A DNA stretch of 64,000 nt, taken from assembly GCA_045604705.1 (NCBI GenBank), contig JAZUOO010000066.1:1271-65270 (forward strand), given 5' to 3'. The translations under genes were made by a program, and so were the position numbers. Source of the stretch: Eubacteriales bacterium. Lineage in GTDB: Bacteria > Bacillota > Clostridia > Oscillospirales > CAG-382. The notes beneath the pieces were generated by a model. That model did not search any database. It was not told the origin of the DNA and worked only from the letters and a program-made list of their open reading frames with translations. Below are positions 1 through 12,000 of the stretch, one piece after another; the stretch's first letter is position 1, and each line of letters starts with the position of its first letter.

Positions 1-2119
1 CGTTCCAGTCAGCGTGAGCCTTCTTAACGTTGATAGCAGCTCTGATTACAGCGCTTGTCTGCATCTTAGCAATTTCAGGATATGTTACTGCAAGACGGCA
101 TCCTCTGTGGCCCATCATGGGGTTAAATTCGTGGAGAGAAGAAATGAGAGCCTTGATGTCAGCGACACTCTTACCCTGAGCATCAGCAAGAGCCTTGATG
201 TCAGCTTCTTCTGTGGGAACGAATTCGTGGAGAGGGGGATCGAGGAATCTGATACATACGGGGTTGCCTTCAAGAGCTTCGTAAAGCTTTTCAAAGTCGC
301 CCTGCTGGTAAGGAAGAATCTTAGCGAGAGCAGCTTCTCTAGCTTCTACTGTATCGGAACAGATCATTTCTCTGAATGCAGCGATTCTGTCAGCCTCAAA
401 GAACATATGCTCTGTACGGCACAGACCGATACCTTCAGCGCCGAGTTCGCGAGCCTTCTTAGCATCAGCGGGAGTATCAGCGTTTGTTCTAACCTTAAGC
501 TTTCTGAACTTGTCAGCAAGAGCCATGATTCTGCCGAATTCACCTGCGATTGTAGCGTCAACCGTGGGGATGATACCGTCGTAGATGTTACCTGTAGAAC
601 CGTCGATGGAGATGTAGTCGCCCTCTGTGAATGTCTTGCCTGCGAGTTCGAACTTCTTGTTTTCTTCATCCATCTTGATTTCGCCGCAGCCGGATACACA
701 GCAAGTACCCATACCACGAGCAACAACCGCTGCGTGAGATGTCATACCGCCACGAACTGTGAGGATACCCTGAGCAGCCTTCATACCTGTAATATCTTCG
801 GGAGAAGTTTCAAGTCTTACAAGAACAACCTTTTCTCCTCTTTCCTTCCATTCAACTGCATCTTCAGCAGTGAATACTACCTTACCGCAAGCAGCTCCGG
901 GGGAAGCGCCAAGACCCTTACCCATGGGAGTAGCAGCCTTGAGAGCCTTAGCATCGAACTGGGGATGGAGAAGTGTGTCAAGGTTTCTGGGGTCGATCAT
1001 AAGAACTGCTTCCTGCTCTGTCTTCATACCTTCATCAATGAGGTCGCAAGCGATCTTAAGAGCTGCCTGAGCTGTTCTCTTACCGTTTCTTGTCTGGAGC
1101 ATATAGAGCTGTTCGTTTTCAACGGTGAACTCCATATCCTGCATATCGTGATAATGGTTTTCAAGAATTCCGCAGATTTCTACAAACTGGTTGTAAGCTG
1201 CAGGGAACTTTTCAGCCATCATTTCTATCTTCATAGGTGTTCTTACGCCTGCAACAACGTCTTCGCCCTGTGCATTAACAAGGAATTCACCCATGAGCTT
1301 CTTTTCACCTGTAGCAGGGTCACGAGTAAATGCAACACCTGTACCGCAGTTGTCACCCATGTTACCGAATGCCATTGCCTGTACGTTAACGGCTGTACCC
1401 CAAGAATAGGGAATGTCGTTGTCACGTCTGTAAACGTTAGCTCTGGGGTTGTCCCAAGAACGGAATACCGCCTTAACGGCACCCATGAGCTGTTCCTTAG
1501 GATCGGAGGGGAAGTCAACACCGATCTTAGCCTTGTATTCTGCCTTGAACTGGTTAGCAAGCTCCTTAAGGTCGTCAGCTGTAAGATCAACGTCAAATGT
1601 AACGCCCTTTTCTTCTTTCATCTTGTCAATGAGCTCTTCAAAGTACTTCTTACCAACTTCCATAACAACGTCGGAGTACATCTGAATGAATCTTCTGTAG
1701 CAGTCATAAGCCCATCTGGGGTTACCGGACTTAGCAGCCATAACTTCTACAACTTCTTCGTTAAGACCGAGGTTAAGGATTGTATCCATCATGCCGGGCA
1801 TGGAAGCACGAGCACCGGAACGAACGGAAACGAGAAGGGGATTTTCCTTATCGCCGAACTTTTTGCCGGTTACGTTTTCCATCTTAACGATGTATTCGTT
1901 GATTTCAGCCATGATTTCGGGGTTGATTTGCTTACCGTCTTCATAATACTGAGTACAAGCCTCTGTAGAGATGGTGAAGCCCTGGGGAACAGGGTTTCTG
2001 TCCGGGAACTTTTCCTTAAAAATGTTTGTCATTTCCGCAAGGTTTGCGCCCTTACCGCCGAGGATTTCACGCATGGAAGCGTTTCCTTCGGTAAAGAGAT
2101 AACAATACTTCTTTGCCAT
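1..2119 (-). CDS. ppdK: Pyruvate, phosphate dikinase, N-terminal ~706 codons (rest of gene lies beyond window start)
   Basis: Reverse complement from 2119 reads MAKKYCYLFTEGNASMREILGGKGANLAEMTNIFKEKFPDRNPVPQGFTISTEACTQYYEDGKQINPEI, the conserved PPDK N-terminus. GGAGG lies 9 nt upstream (2129-2133). The frame appears open to the window edge, which would explain its absence from the ORF track. Confidence 0.85.
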   Translation of the reverse strand, partial: MAKKYCYLFTEGNASMREILGGKGANLAEMTNIFKEKFPDRNPVPQGFTISTEACTQYYEDGKQINPEIMAEINEYIVKMENVTGKKFGDKENPLLVSVRSGARASMPGMMDTILNLGLNEEVVEVMAAKSGNPRWAYDCYRRFIQMYSDVVMEVGKKYFEELIDKMKEEKGVTFDVDLTADDLKELANQFKAEYKAKIGVDFPSDPKEQLMGAVKAVFRSWDNPRANVYRRDNDIPYSWGTAVNVQAMAFGNMGDNCGTGVAFTRDPATGEKKLMGEFLVNAQGEDVVAGVRTPMKIEMMAEKFPAAYNQFVEICGILENHYHDMQDMEFTVENEQLYMLQTRNGKRTAQAALKIACDLIDEGMKTEQEAVLMIDPRNLDTLLHPQFDAKALKAATPMGKGLGASPGAACGKVVFTAEDAVEWKERGEKVVLVRLETSPEDITGMKAAQGILTVRGGMTSHAAVVARGMGTCCVSGCGEIKMDEENKKFELAGKTFTEGDYISIDGSTGNIYDGIIPTVDATIAGEFGRIMALADKFRKLKVRTNADTPADAKKARELGAEGIGLCRTEHMFFEADRIAAFREMICSDTVEAREAALAKILPYQQGDFEKLYEALEGNPVCIRFLDPPLHEFVPTEEADIKALADAQGKSVADIKALISSLHEFNPMMGHRGCRLAVTYPEIAKMQTSAVIRAAINVKKAHADWN

Positions 2120-2489
2120 TTTGAGTTTCCTCCTAAAAATATAATGGTGTTTTTATTCACTCGCACCGCTTATTATACCACATTTTCTTTCCTATTTCTA
2201 TAGCTTTTGGATATTTTTACAAATTTAAGATTTTTTTTACACATTTCCAATATTTGTCGGGATTGTGTAAAAGCTTTCGGAAATCAAAGAGGAATTTTAT
2301 GTAATAATTGCCATAAATGTATTAAAGTTTATAAAATAACGCCCTGTGCAAGTGGGAAGTCAAAAGTTTTACCAATAAAATATTATGATCTGCAAAAACA
2401 AATTACGATAATCCAAAAACGCTTGCGACATTCAAAAAGGGCAAGTGCGTAAAAAATATCCGAAAAAATATTGATTTTACAATTTCCTC

Positions 2490-2518
2490 TTGCATATTAC
2501 ATCAATATCTGTTATTAT
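2490..2518 (+). promoter_or_regulatory. Putative sigma-A promoter for uppP
   Basis: TTGCAT (2490-2495), 17-nt spacer, TATTAT (2513-2518) preceded by a TG extended -10. Confidence 0.4.
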
Positions 2519-2585
2519 ATATAATGAAGTGATATTAAAAGGGGTAATATACCCGCCTACAAACAAAGAAAGGTCTGATTTTACC

Positions 2586-3434
2586 ATGAGTGCAATTGAA
2601 GCAGTATTTTTCGGAATAATCCAGGGACTTGCCGAGTTCCTGCCCATATCAAGCTCGGGACATCTCGCATTCTTCCATGAGCTGTTCGACAATATGAACG
2701 AGCCAACCCTTAGCTTTGACATCCTTTTACACCTTGGAACCCTTGCGGCGGTGTGCATCGTCTATTATAAGGATATATGGGATCTCATACGTGCCTTCTT
2801 CTCGCTTGCGGGAAAAATATTCCGTGAGAAATTCAGATTCAAAAACATACAAATATCCAAAAACGAAAAGTTTTTACTTATGATTTTTGTTGCGGTTCTT
2901 CCTCTTATCCCCGCGGCATTTTTGGAAGATTACCTTGAAATAGTCAGAAGCTATGTCTGGGCAATAGGAATACTTTGGATACTTAACGGGCTTCTGCTTT
3001 ATATATCCGACAGAGTTGCCGCAAAGAGAAAGAACATAACCGAACAACAGGCTGAAAAGAGCAAGAACTTTGCAAGTGCGATAACAGTAGGTCTTTGTCA
3101 GGTGCTTGCAATACTCCCCGGTATCTCACGTTCAGGCATGACAACAACAGGCGGTATGCTCTGCGGTTTTGACAGAGAATACGCAGTCAAGTTCTCCTTT
3201 ATTCTCTCCATTCCCGCAATACTTGGTGCAAACATTCTCTCCATCAAGGATTTCGCCGCAATTGAAAGCTCACAGGTGATTCCTTACATCTGCGGAATGC
3301 TTGCGGCAATGCTCTCCGGACTTGTTGCGATAAAGCTTCTTACATACATCTCAAAAAAGAAAGATTTCAGAGTATTCTCGGTGTATTGTTTCATATTGGG
3401 TATCATTGCAATAGTTCTCGGCATCGTAAAATAA
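2586..3434 (+). CDS. uppP: Undecaprenyl-diphosphate phosphatase (BacA/UppP)
   Basis: From internal ATG 2586: MSAIEAVFFGIIQGLAEFLPISSSGHLAFF and later PGISRSG, the UppP signature motifs. Multi-TM protein. The upstream 32 codons of the listed ORF overlap the promoter. Confidence 0.9.
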   Translation: MSAIEAVFFGIIQGLAEFLPISSSGHLAFFHELFDNMNEPTLSFDILLHLGTLAAVCIVYYKDIWDLIRAFFSLAGKIFREKFRFKNIQISKNEKFLLMIFVAVLPLIPAAFLEDYLEIVRSYVWAIGILWILNGLLLYISDRVAAKRKNITEQQAEKSKNFASAITVGLCQVLAILPGISRSGMTTTGGMLCGFDREYAVKFSFILSIPAILGANILSIKDFAAIESSQVIPYICGMLAAMLSGLVAIKLLTYISKKKDFRVFSVYCFILGIIAIVLGIVK

Positions 3435-3531
3435 AATCCGATTTGGAAAATAAAAAGATCAATAGTTTTCGGACAGAGCTTTGACGTGCATATGAGCCCT
3501 CGGAGCTTCCAAAGGAAAGGAACTTATAAAA

Positions 3532-6189
3532 ATGGCAAAAAACAAAAAGACAGACGGCGGCAAGGGCATATTCTCATTCCTTCTGCCCGGAAATAAATCA
3601 AAGACCGATAAAGAGCAAAAACCCTACAACGAAAAATCCTTCTTAAATACCATCGCACCGTATCTTTTCGGTTTCCTTGGCGTATTTCTTATAATTACAT
3701 ATATTTTCCACGCCAACATGAGTATTTTGGGAATAGTGGTAAAATTCATTCTGGACCTTTTCGGTTTTTCGGCATGGATTATCCCCTTTGCATTTTTCCT
3801 TATCTCGGCTCGCTGGAAATTGGATGCCCCCGACAGACTTATAAAATACAGAGTCATCTGCATGATTATATGCCTTGTTTTCCTCTCAGGATTCCTCGGA
3901 CTCATCTTTGCTCCCGAAGAAGGCATAAAATTTGAGGATGTATGGAAAGCATATCCATCAAACAGCGGCGGCTATCTCGGAAGGCTTATCTGCCTTATGC
4001 TTATCGGCATCTGCGGAAAGATAGGCTGCGGCGTTATAACCGGTTTTCTTGCATTCCTGTTTATATTCCTGCTCTTCGGAATAACCCTTGGTGACGTATT
4101 CGCCTTTGTTAGAAGAAAGGCGGGTTCCCTTTCAAAGGACGTTTGTGCAGCTTGCGAAAAGAGAAAAGAGGAGGTACGCATAAGACGTGAGACGGTAAAA
4201 GTATCCGGACGAGAGCTTAAGAACAGTAAAAAGGATTCTGCCGTGTTCGAGCTTGAGATAGAAGAAAATGACGACGATCCCGATATAGAGCTCAATCCTG
4301 AAAAGAAAAATAGATTTCTTGGTTCGGGAAAAAAACGTAGGGAAAAGGATCTTCTTGACGATTTTACCAAAGAAGACGATGACGGCATTACCACTCAAGC
4401 ACAGGAAAATAACGGGACGGAAAAATCCGCTTACGAAGAAGTAACAGAGAGCATTTTCATCCCGGATGATCCGGAAGTTGCGCAAGTACCAACCGACGTA
4501 GACGATATATTCTGTGACGATGCGGTAATTGCAGGTGCAGGTTCAACCGTCAGTGCAAAGGATTTTGTTGCGGGTACTGCACATCCGAATGAAGAACCGT
4601 CCGCAGAAAATATTGATGACGTTCCCTTTGATATAGATCCCGAAACGGATATAATAGAAAATGAGACTCCCGAACCCGAGGAAATATACGAATTCCCGCC
4701 TATAGAGCTTCTGCCCGGAAATCCTAATCCGTCGGTGTTCAAGGTAACGCCGGAGCTTACCGAGACTGCAAAGAACCTTGTAACGACTCTTGCAAACTTC
4801 AACGTAAGAACCAAGGTTATGAACATTTCCTGCGGTCCTACAGTCACAAGATTTGAGCTCAAGCCCGAGGTCGGTGTAAAAGTGCGTTCCATTCAGAATC
4901 TTGCCGATGATATAGCACTGCACCTTCGTGCATCCTCTGTAAGAATCGAAGCTCCTATCCCCGGAAAAGATGCGGTAGGTATAGAAATCCCCAATAAAAC
5001 GGTTTCCACAGTATATATAAAAGAGCTTATAGAAAGCGAAGAATTCCAAAATCTCCCAAGTAAGCTCTCCGTAGCCCTCGGCATGGACGTTTCCGGAACT
5101 CCCGTATATATGGACATCGCAAAAATGCCACATCTCCTTATTGCGGGTGCAACGGGTATGGGTAAATCCGTATGTATCAACAGCTTTATTGTCAGTGTAC
5201 TTTACAAGGCACGTCCCGATGAAGTAAAGCTGATACTTATTGACCCGAAAAAAGTCGAATTCGCAATGTACGACAGTATACCTCATCTTCTCGTACCCGT
5301 CGTAACAGATCCAAAAAAGGCGGCAGGCTCACTTGCCTGGGCGGTAAACGAAATGGAACACCGCTTTAACCTTATAGAAGCCGCAAAATGCCGTGATATA
5401 AAGAGCTATAATGCAGTGTGCGAAAAGGATACACGCTTTAAGAAGATGTGTCAGATAGTCATAATCATAGACGAGCTTGCGGACCTTATGATGACAGCAA
5501 GAGATGAGGTCGAAACCTCAATATGCCGCCTTGCACAGAAAGCGAGAGCCGCAGGTATGCATCTCATCATAGGTACTCAGAGACCGTCCGTTGACGTCAT
5601 CACAGGCGTAATTAAAGCAAATGTGCCATCAAGAATCGCATTCACCGTTGCCTCACAGGTAGACTCAAGAACCATCCTTGATACAGTCGGTGCGGAGAAC
5701 CTTGTAGGTAAAGGCGATATGCTGTATGCTCCCGTAGGCTGTATGAAGCCCACACGAGTACAGGGTTCATTTGTAGGTCCCGATTCGGTTATCGAGGAAA
5801 TCACAAACTTCCTGCGCGGCAGCGGTATTGTGGCTTATGATAACGACATTCAGAACGCAATTGAAATGGAAGCAATGAGATGTACCGAGAAGAAGAAAGG
5901 CAAAGGCACATCCGCCGAGGGGGCTGAAACTTACGTAGGCTCTACCGATGGCTTTGAGAGAGACGAAATGATGCTCCCCGCCCTTGAACTTGGTGTTGAT
6001 ATGGGACAGATCTCCACTTCCCTTGTACAAAGAAAATTGTCCCTGGGATATGCAAGAGCCGCAAGAATAGTGGATATGCTCTCGGAAATGGGATTTGTAG
6101 GTCCCTTTGAGGGCTCAAAACCCAGAAAGGTGCTTATTACAAGAGAAGAATATCTTGAACTCAAAATGAAACAGGATAACATAGAATAA
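3532..6189 (+). CDS. ftsK: DNA translocase FtsK/SpoIIIE
   Basis: N-terminal TM segments, acidic linker, and a motor domain with Walker A GATGMGKS, IIIDELADLMM and GTQRPSVDVITG. C-terminal winged-helix gamma-like domain (LVQRKLSLGYARAARIVD). Confidence 0.9.
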   Translation: MAKNKKTDGGKGIFSFLLPGNKSKTDKEQKPYNEKSFLNTIAPYLFGFLGVFLIITYIFHANMSILGIVVKFILDLFGFSAWIIPFAFFLISARWKLDAPDRLIKYRVICMIICLVFLSGFLGLIFAPEEGIKFEDVWKAYPSNSGGYLGRLICLMLIGICGKIGCGVITGFLAFLFIFLLFGITLGDVFAFVRRKAGSLSKDVCAACEKRKEEVRIRRETVKVSGRELKNSKKDSAVFELEIEENDDDPDIELNPEKKNRFLGSGKKRREKDLLDDFTKEDDDGITTQAQENNGTEKSAYEEVTESIFIPDDPEVAQVPTDVDDIFCDDAVIAGAGSTVSAKDFVAGTAHPNEEPSAENIDDVPFDIDPETDIIENETPEPEEIYEFPPIELLPGNPNPSVFKVTPELTETAKNLVTTLANFNVRTKVMNISCGPTVTRFELKPEVGVKVRSIQNLADDIALHLRASSVRIEAPIPGKDAVGIEIPNKTVSTVYIKELIESEEFQNLPSKLSVALGMDVSGTPVYMDIAKMPHLLIAGATGMGKSVCINSFIVSVLYKARPDEVKLILIDPKKVEFAMYDSIPHLLVPVVTDPKKAAGSLAWAVNEMEHRFNLIEAAKCRDIKSYNAVCEKDTRFKKMCQIVIIIDELADLMMTARDEVETSICRLAQKARAAGMHLIIGTQRPSVDVITGVIKANVPSRIAFTVASQVDSRTILDTVGAENLVGKGDMLYAPVGCMKPTRVQGSFVGPDSVIEEITNFLRGSGIVAYDNDIQNAIEMEAMRCTEKKKGKGTSAEGAETYVGSTDGFERDEMMLPALELGVDMGQISTSLVQRKLSLGYARAARIVDMLSEMGFVGPFEGSKPRKVLITREEYLELKMKQDNIE

Positions 6190-6211
6190 TAAATTCGGAA
6201 AGACAGGTAAT

Positions 6212-7213
6212 ATGCCCGGAAAATCAAAGGGATCGTCAAGATCCAAAAGAACAAACCAAAAGGTAAAAAAGAAAAAGAGGGATAAATTCGTGACAAATGC
6301 AGTAATGCTGACCTGTACCGCTATACTTCTTGTTGTCGTGGCAAACCTTACACAGAACGGAATCGGACAAAACGATAAAAACACAGCGGATAATAACGGC
6401 AGCTCACAGACAGTACACGCCGGAGAGAGCTATAACCGCACGGACAAGGTCTGCACATTCGACTTTATAGACGTAGGTCAGGGGGACAGTGCACTTATCA
6501 CAACCCCCGGTGGTGAATTCATCCTCGTTGATACGGGAACTGCGGCATCACGTGATGTACTTTTTAAACATCTTGAAAGCCGAAATGTGGATGAAATAGA
6601 CTACCTTATCCTCACTCATCCTCATAGTGACCACATAGGCGGTGCAGGCAAGGTACTTGAAGAATACGACGTAAACTGTATAATAATGCCCAATGCCGTA
6701 TCGGCTACCGCCCAATTTGAAAAGCTGTTTGAGACAATAGCCGAAGAAAAGGAAAACGGCTGTAAGGTGTACACCGCAGAACCGGGAGATATATACAATA
6801 TAGACGGTTGCTTAATGAAAATGATAGGCCCTGCGGAAATTGACGAGGACGAGCTGAACAACTGCAGTGCCGCATTCACCTTTACATACGGCGAGTTTGA
6901 CGCCCTGTTCACGGGAGATTCGGAAAAGAAAGCGGAAAAGCTAATTCTCTCCTTGGGGGCAAACATAGACTGCGAACTTTATAAGGCAGCTCACCACGGC
7001 TCGGACACATCAAGCTGCGAGGAATTCATAAACGCCGTAACGCCGCAGATAACAGTCATAAGCTGCGGAAAGGACAACAGCTACGGACATCCGAGTACGG
7101 AAATCGTGCAAAGACTTTACGACATTGGCTCCGAGGTATACGTAACAAGTGAAGTGGGAACAATTACGGTACTTACTGACGGCGATGGCTATTCGGTGTC
7201 TGCCGGAGTATAA
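6212..7213 (+). CDS. Membrane-anchored MBL-fold hydrolase, ComEC C-terminal-domain-like
   Basis: Lys-rich N-terminus plus one TM segment, then FIDVGQGDSALI, LILTHPHSDHIGG and AAHHGS motifs typical of the ComEC/Rec2 beta-lactamase-like domain. Confidence 0.75.
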   Translation: MPGKSKGSSRSKRTNQKVKKKKRDKFVTNAVMLTCTAILLVVVANLTQNGIGQNDKNTADNNGSSQTVHAGESYNRTDKVCTFDFIDVGQGDSALITTPGGEFILVDTGTAASRDVLFKHLESRNVDEIDYLILTHPHSDHIGGAGKVLEEYDVNCIIMPNAVSATAQFEKLFETIAEEKENGCKVYTAEPGDIYNIDGCLMKMIGPAEIDEDELNNCSAAFTFTYGEFDALFTGDSEKKAEKLILSLGANIDCELYKAAHHGSDTSSCEEFINAVTPQITVISCGKDNSYGHPSTEIVQRLYDIGSEVYVTSEVGTITVLTDGDGYSVSAGV

Positions 7214-7237
7214 AACGAAAAAATCTACATTAAGGAA

Positions 7238-8920
7238 GTGAAAGAATTGCCAAAAAGAAGTTGTAGTGCTATATTTTTTGCACTGTGCATCTTTGCATCA
7301 ATGACATTATCCGCATCTGCAACCGAATATCTTTTCAAACTACGCGAGGATGCGGCAATTCTCTGTGATGATGCCGTACTTATGTCGGAGGAATGTTTTG
7401 AGGATGATTCATCTATTGCACGGGTGTTGGGTGTTTATACTACGGATGACATTTCGGTAATAGAAAAATACCTCGAACTCGGACTTGTGGAATTTTACGA
7501 AGAAAACGGAGAAGCAGAACTTCTTGATATGCCCCAAACCTCCGACTTCATGACAATAGCCTCGGGAGTTTCAAGTTCTACCGTTCCGCTGGGACAATCC
7601 TATAACCAGATAAATGTTCAGGCTCTGTGGGATTTGGGGCTGACGGGTAAAGGGATCACCGTTGCTGTGATAGACAGCGGTGTTAATGCGCACAAGGATA
7701 TAGTGGGAAATCTTCTTCCCGGTTACAACTACTCACTTACGGACGCTGAAATAGCTGCAAACCCAAGTGCTGTTTATGATACAACCGATATATACAGCCA
7801 TGGAACCATGGTTGCGGGACTCATTGCGGCAAACGGAAGCCATTACAGAGGTATCGCTCCCGAAGCTAAAGTAATCCCCCTCAAATGCTTCAAGGACAGT
7901 AACGGGAGAGCAAGCCTCGATGACCTTGCCGAAGCAATGATCGATGCCGTTGACAAATATGGCTGTGACATCATAAACATGAGCTGCGGTTCTGTTCTAA
8001 ATTCTACTGTGTTAAGAGAAGCAACCGAATATGTAAACTCAAAGGGGATTCCGGTTATTGCAGCAGCAGGCAACAGCGGATCGGCATATACAAAAACTGA
8101 TGACTACTATTATCCCGCTTCCTACGACAGTGCAGTATCCGTTGCAAACATTCAGAAAAACGATACACTCAAGTCATCCTCACAGAAAAATGATAAGGTA
8201 GACATTTCCGCACCCGGTACGGAAACTTACGGAATTGATGGAAGTACCAGCTCCGGTTACATAAATAAATCCGGTACATCCTTCTCCTGTCCCATAGTTA
8301 CGGGAATCGCGACTCTCATGCTTCAGGCAAATCCGCAACTTTCGGACAATGAGCTTCAGCAGATACTTTGCGAAACCGCAACAGATCTGGGCGATGTCGG
8401 AAAAGATGTGAAATTCGGCTACGGCAAAGTAAACTGCGATGCGATAGTCCCGAGAATTCTCGGCGGAAAGCTGTATCGCTCAAATATTGTGGAATACAAA
8501 GGTACACACAACATAGCAATGAGGAACGGACTTGCCAATACACGCACGGTAAAAAAAATAAATATCGAATTTTCTGACACGGGAGCTTCGGAAACCCAAG
8601 AAGATATAAGCCTTGTAACAGGCGAAAGCATTGTACTTGAAGCACCTGACAGTAAGGTGATGAAATTGATATATGAGAGCGAAAAGGGATATGAGATGCT
8701 TGTACGCAACGGAAGTGTGCAAAGCTATACCACCATGCTTCTTGCGGCAAATTATGACGGTGCAAAAATGAACAACCTCGGCGGCAGGAGGCTTGACGTT
8801 CAAAGCGGCGGCGCATCCTCGGTTCTGATACCGCACTACGTCTCGGGAAGTACAAAGCTGTTCCTTGTGGATGTAAGTAAGTTTACTGCAAGACTGCTTT
8901 CACAGTATACTGCGGAATAA
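7238..8920 (+). CDS. Secreted subtilisin-like S8 serine peptidase
   Basis: Signal peptide (CIFASMTLSASA). Catalytic triad contexts VAVIDSGV (Asp), HGTMVAGLIAA (His) and SGTSFSCPIVTG (Ser). Start is uncertain: GTG 7238 or TTG 7247 after AAGGAAG. Confidence 0.85.
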   Translation: MKELPKRSCSAIFFALCIFASMTLSASATEYLFKLREDAAILCDDAVLMSEECFEDDSSIARVLGVYTTDDISVIEKYLELGLVEFYEENGEAELLDMPQTSDFMTIASGVSSSTVPLGQSYNQINVQALWDLGLTGKGITVAVIDSGVNAHKDIVGNLLPGYNYSLTDAEIAANPSAVYDTTDIYSHGTMVAGLIAANGSHYRGIAPEAKVIPLKCFKDSNGRASLDDLAEAMIDAVDKYGCDIINMSCGSVLNSTVLREATEYVNSKGIPVIAAAGNSGSAYTKTDDYYYPASYDSAVSVANIQKNDTLKSSSQKNDKVDISAPGTETYGIDGSTSSGYINKSGTSFSCPIVTGIATLMLQANPQLSDNELQQILCETATDLGDVGKDVKFGYGKVNCDAIVPRILGGKLYRSNIVEYKGTHNIAMRNGLANTRTVKKINIEFSDTGASETQEDISLVTGESIVLEAPDSKVMKLIYESEKGYEMLVRNGSVQSYTTMLLAANYDGAKMNNLGGRRLDVQSGGASSVLIPHYVSGSTKLFLVDVSKFTARLLSQYTAE

Positions 8921-8953
8921 GGTATGACAACAGGCATTTTTCACCTGCATATC

Positions 8954-8982
8954 TTGACAAACATCAAAAAATAATATATAAT
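8954..8982 (+). promoter_or_regulatory. Putative sigma-A promoter for mfd
   Basis: TTGACA (8954-8959), 17-nt spacer, TATAAT (8977-8982). Confidence 0.45.
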
Positions 8983-9066
8983 GTACTGAGTAATAAAAGG
9001 GCACATAGGGGGGAATGACTCTCTATGTGCCAAATTCGCTTTGTAAATAAAAGGGGGCAAGAGCAT

Positions 9067-12000
9067 ATGTCAAGCTTCAAAACCGAGGAAGCAAGAATAA
9101 TAACCGAAGCTGTAAAAAGAGAACCGGAATATGCCCGAATTGTTTCAAGACTCGAAATGTTCAAAGCGGCAGGTGAGCTGTACCGTGACGATGCAATAAT
9201 GGCAACGGGACTTTCGGATACACCCCGTGCAGCACTTTGCTATGCCCTTGCCACGGAGGAGACGATAGTCGATAATAACAAATGCAGCATTATCTGTGTT
9301 CCGGATGAAAAGACTGCATATAATCTTGCAAGATTTCTGTCCGCATTTACTGACGGTGTTCTCGTGTTCTCCCAAAGGGACTTCGTGTTCTATAATATAA
9401 GCGCAACAAGCCGTGAATTTGAGCATGAACGCATAAATACATTGCGAGCTATTGCGGGTGGCAGAGCAAAAATAGTTATCTGTGTCCCCGAAGCAATGCT
9501 CGGAATTCTGCCACCGAAAGAGAGGTACACTGCCGAAATAACACTTAAAATAGGCGAAGAATACCCGACATCACAGCTGTGCGAAAAGCTTTTATATCTC
9601 GGTTATACAAGAACTGACACCGTTGAGGGAAAGGGACAGTTCGCAATACGCGGCGACATTCTCGACATTTTCCCGCCGGATGCAAATAATCCCACAAGAG
9701 TGGAGTTTTTCGGCGATGAGGTTGACTGTGCAGGTACATTCGATATTCTGACCCAAAGAAGAACCGAAAACGTTTCGGAGCTAGTCATTACCCCTGCAAA
9801 GGAAATAATTCTAACGGACGAGGAAACAAAAAAAGTCGAAGCTGAAATAGACGAACTTTTGGGAAATGCCCAAAAACGCAGAATGATGGCGGAACGCAGC
9901 GCAGACAAATTGAAAGTAGCGGACTATGAAAGCCTTATAACAAAACTTCTGTCGGAAAAAGCTGCTCTTGCCGACGGGAATCTTCCATGTGTCGATAAAT
10001 ATCTCCCATCTGTAATAGACGAAAAATGCACACTTCTTGACTACGCTGACGGTTGTATTTTCCTTTTTGACCTTGCAAGAATCACGGAACGTCTTGAAAG
10101 CTACGAAATGCAGATAGTGCAGACCGTCACATTCCTCGCCGAACACGGTGAGATAAACCTCAAAAAAACATCTTACTGTGAAAACTACGAATACCTCCTG
10201 TCAAAGGTACGTGAGAGACCAACGCTTGTCTGCAACACCTTCACACAGAGCTCCGACATGAAATTTTCCGGCATTTACACCTTCAGAACCAAAGCAACAA
10301 CTGCCTTTACAAAAGATATGGAGGTTCTCTGTGACGACCTTGAAGACTACAGAGAAAGAGGCTTCAGAGCCATTATACTCTCAGGCTCGGTTCACAGCGC
10401 AGGTATTCTTAGTTCACTTATGTCGGAAAGACACATAAAAGCCGTATTCGTTTCGCCCTCGGAGCTGAATATTGAGTCCATGAACCCCGAATATGTCTAT
10501 ATAACCTACAAAGACGAATCTGTCCATGTATTTCCGGGCTTTGAGCTGACAACATCAAAGCTTGCATTTCTCACCGAGGGGAATACCGAGTATACAGCTA
10601 CAAAGACTGCGGTAAGAAGAACAGGCAGAAGCAAATCCTCCGCAAAGAAAATACTTTCCTATTCCGACCTGGATGTAGGCGACTACATAGTCCATACAGT
10701 TCACGGAATAGGACGCTATGATGGCATAAAAACTCTCACCGTAGGCGGTATCACTAAGGACTATATCACCATTTTGTATGCAGGAAATGACGTAATATAT
10801 GTACCTGCCGACCAGCTTGACAGAGTATCAAGATATGCAGGTGCGAGTGAAAATGTTAAGCTTTCCAAAATAGGCGGTCAGGATTGGCAAAAGACAAAAA
10901 CAAGAGTAAAAAAAGCCGCAAAAGACATGGCAAAGGAGCTTATAGAGCTTTACGCCAAAAGAAGAAGACTTCCCGGCTACGCATTTTCCTCCGACAGCGA
11001 ATGGCAAAGGGATTTCGAGGGCAAATTTATCTACGAAGAAACGGACGGTCAGCTTGAAGCCGTATCCGAGATAAAGAAAGACATGGAGCAATCCTACCCA
11101 ATGGACAGACTTCTGTGCGGTGACGTAGGCTTCGGAAAAACGGAGGTTGCTCTGCGTGCCGTATTCAAATGCATAGCCGAAGGAAAACAAGCGGCAATTC
11201 TCGTTCCCACAACTATCCTTGCATGGCAGCACTACGAAACGGCTCTTTCAAGATTCAGCGACTTCCCATGTAATATAGATGTAATATCAAGATTCAAAAC
11301 ACCAAAGCAAATAAAAGAAACTCTCAAAAAGCTCCGTACCGGCGGCATTGACCTTATCATCGGAACCCACAGACTTCTCTCCAAGGACATAGAATTCAAA
11401 GACCTGGGACTTCTTGTCGTAGACGAGGAGCAACGCTTCGGAGTAGCCCACAAAGAAAAACTGAAGCAGCTTTCGGAAAACATAGACGTCCTGACACTGA
11501 CGGCAACGCCCATCCCCAGAACTCTCAATATGGCAATGGCGGGAATCCGCGATATGTCCGTGCTTGAAGAAGCACCGCAGGACAGATACCCAGTTCAGAC
11601 CTATGTTATGGAATATGACATGGAAGTAATAGGTGAGGCAATAAAACGAGAGCTTCGCCGAGGCGGTCAGGTATTCTATCTGCGAAACAAAGTAGACGGA
11701 ATAGAGGGAACTGCGGAAACAATAAGAAAGATAGTCCCGGATGCAAATATAGCCGTGGCACACGGACAAATGACGGAGGACTTGCTTTCCGATATATGGC
11801 GAAAATTAGTTGACGGCGACATAGATGTCCTTGTCTGCACAACCATTATAGAAACGGGCGTGGATGTCCCAAATGCCAATACACTTATAATAGAACACGC
11901 CGATAGAATGGGACTTTCCCAGCTCCATCAGATCCGTGGCAGAGTAGGCAGAAGTACAAGACGTGCCTACGCATATTTGACCTACGACGGCACAAAGGCA

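Noticed and set aside
14-2203. 729-aa plus-strand ORF covering the start of the window
   Set aside because: Its composition is rich in Ser, Cys and Val and poor in typical motifs. The opposite strand encodes an unmistakable PPDK N-terminus with a GGAGG RBS, so this ORF is an antisense shadow.
4543-5286. 247-aa minus-strand ORF inside ftsK, and many similar antisense ORFs inside mfd, portal, comEC and other genes
   Set aside because: They lie opposite well-supported genes, lack RBSs and have skewed composition. They are treated as shadows.
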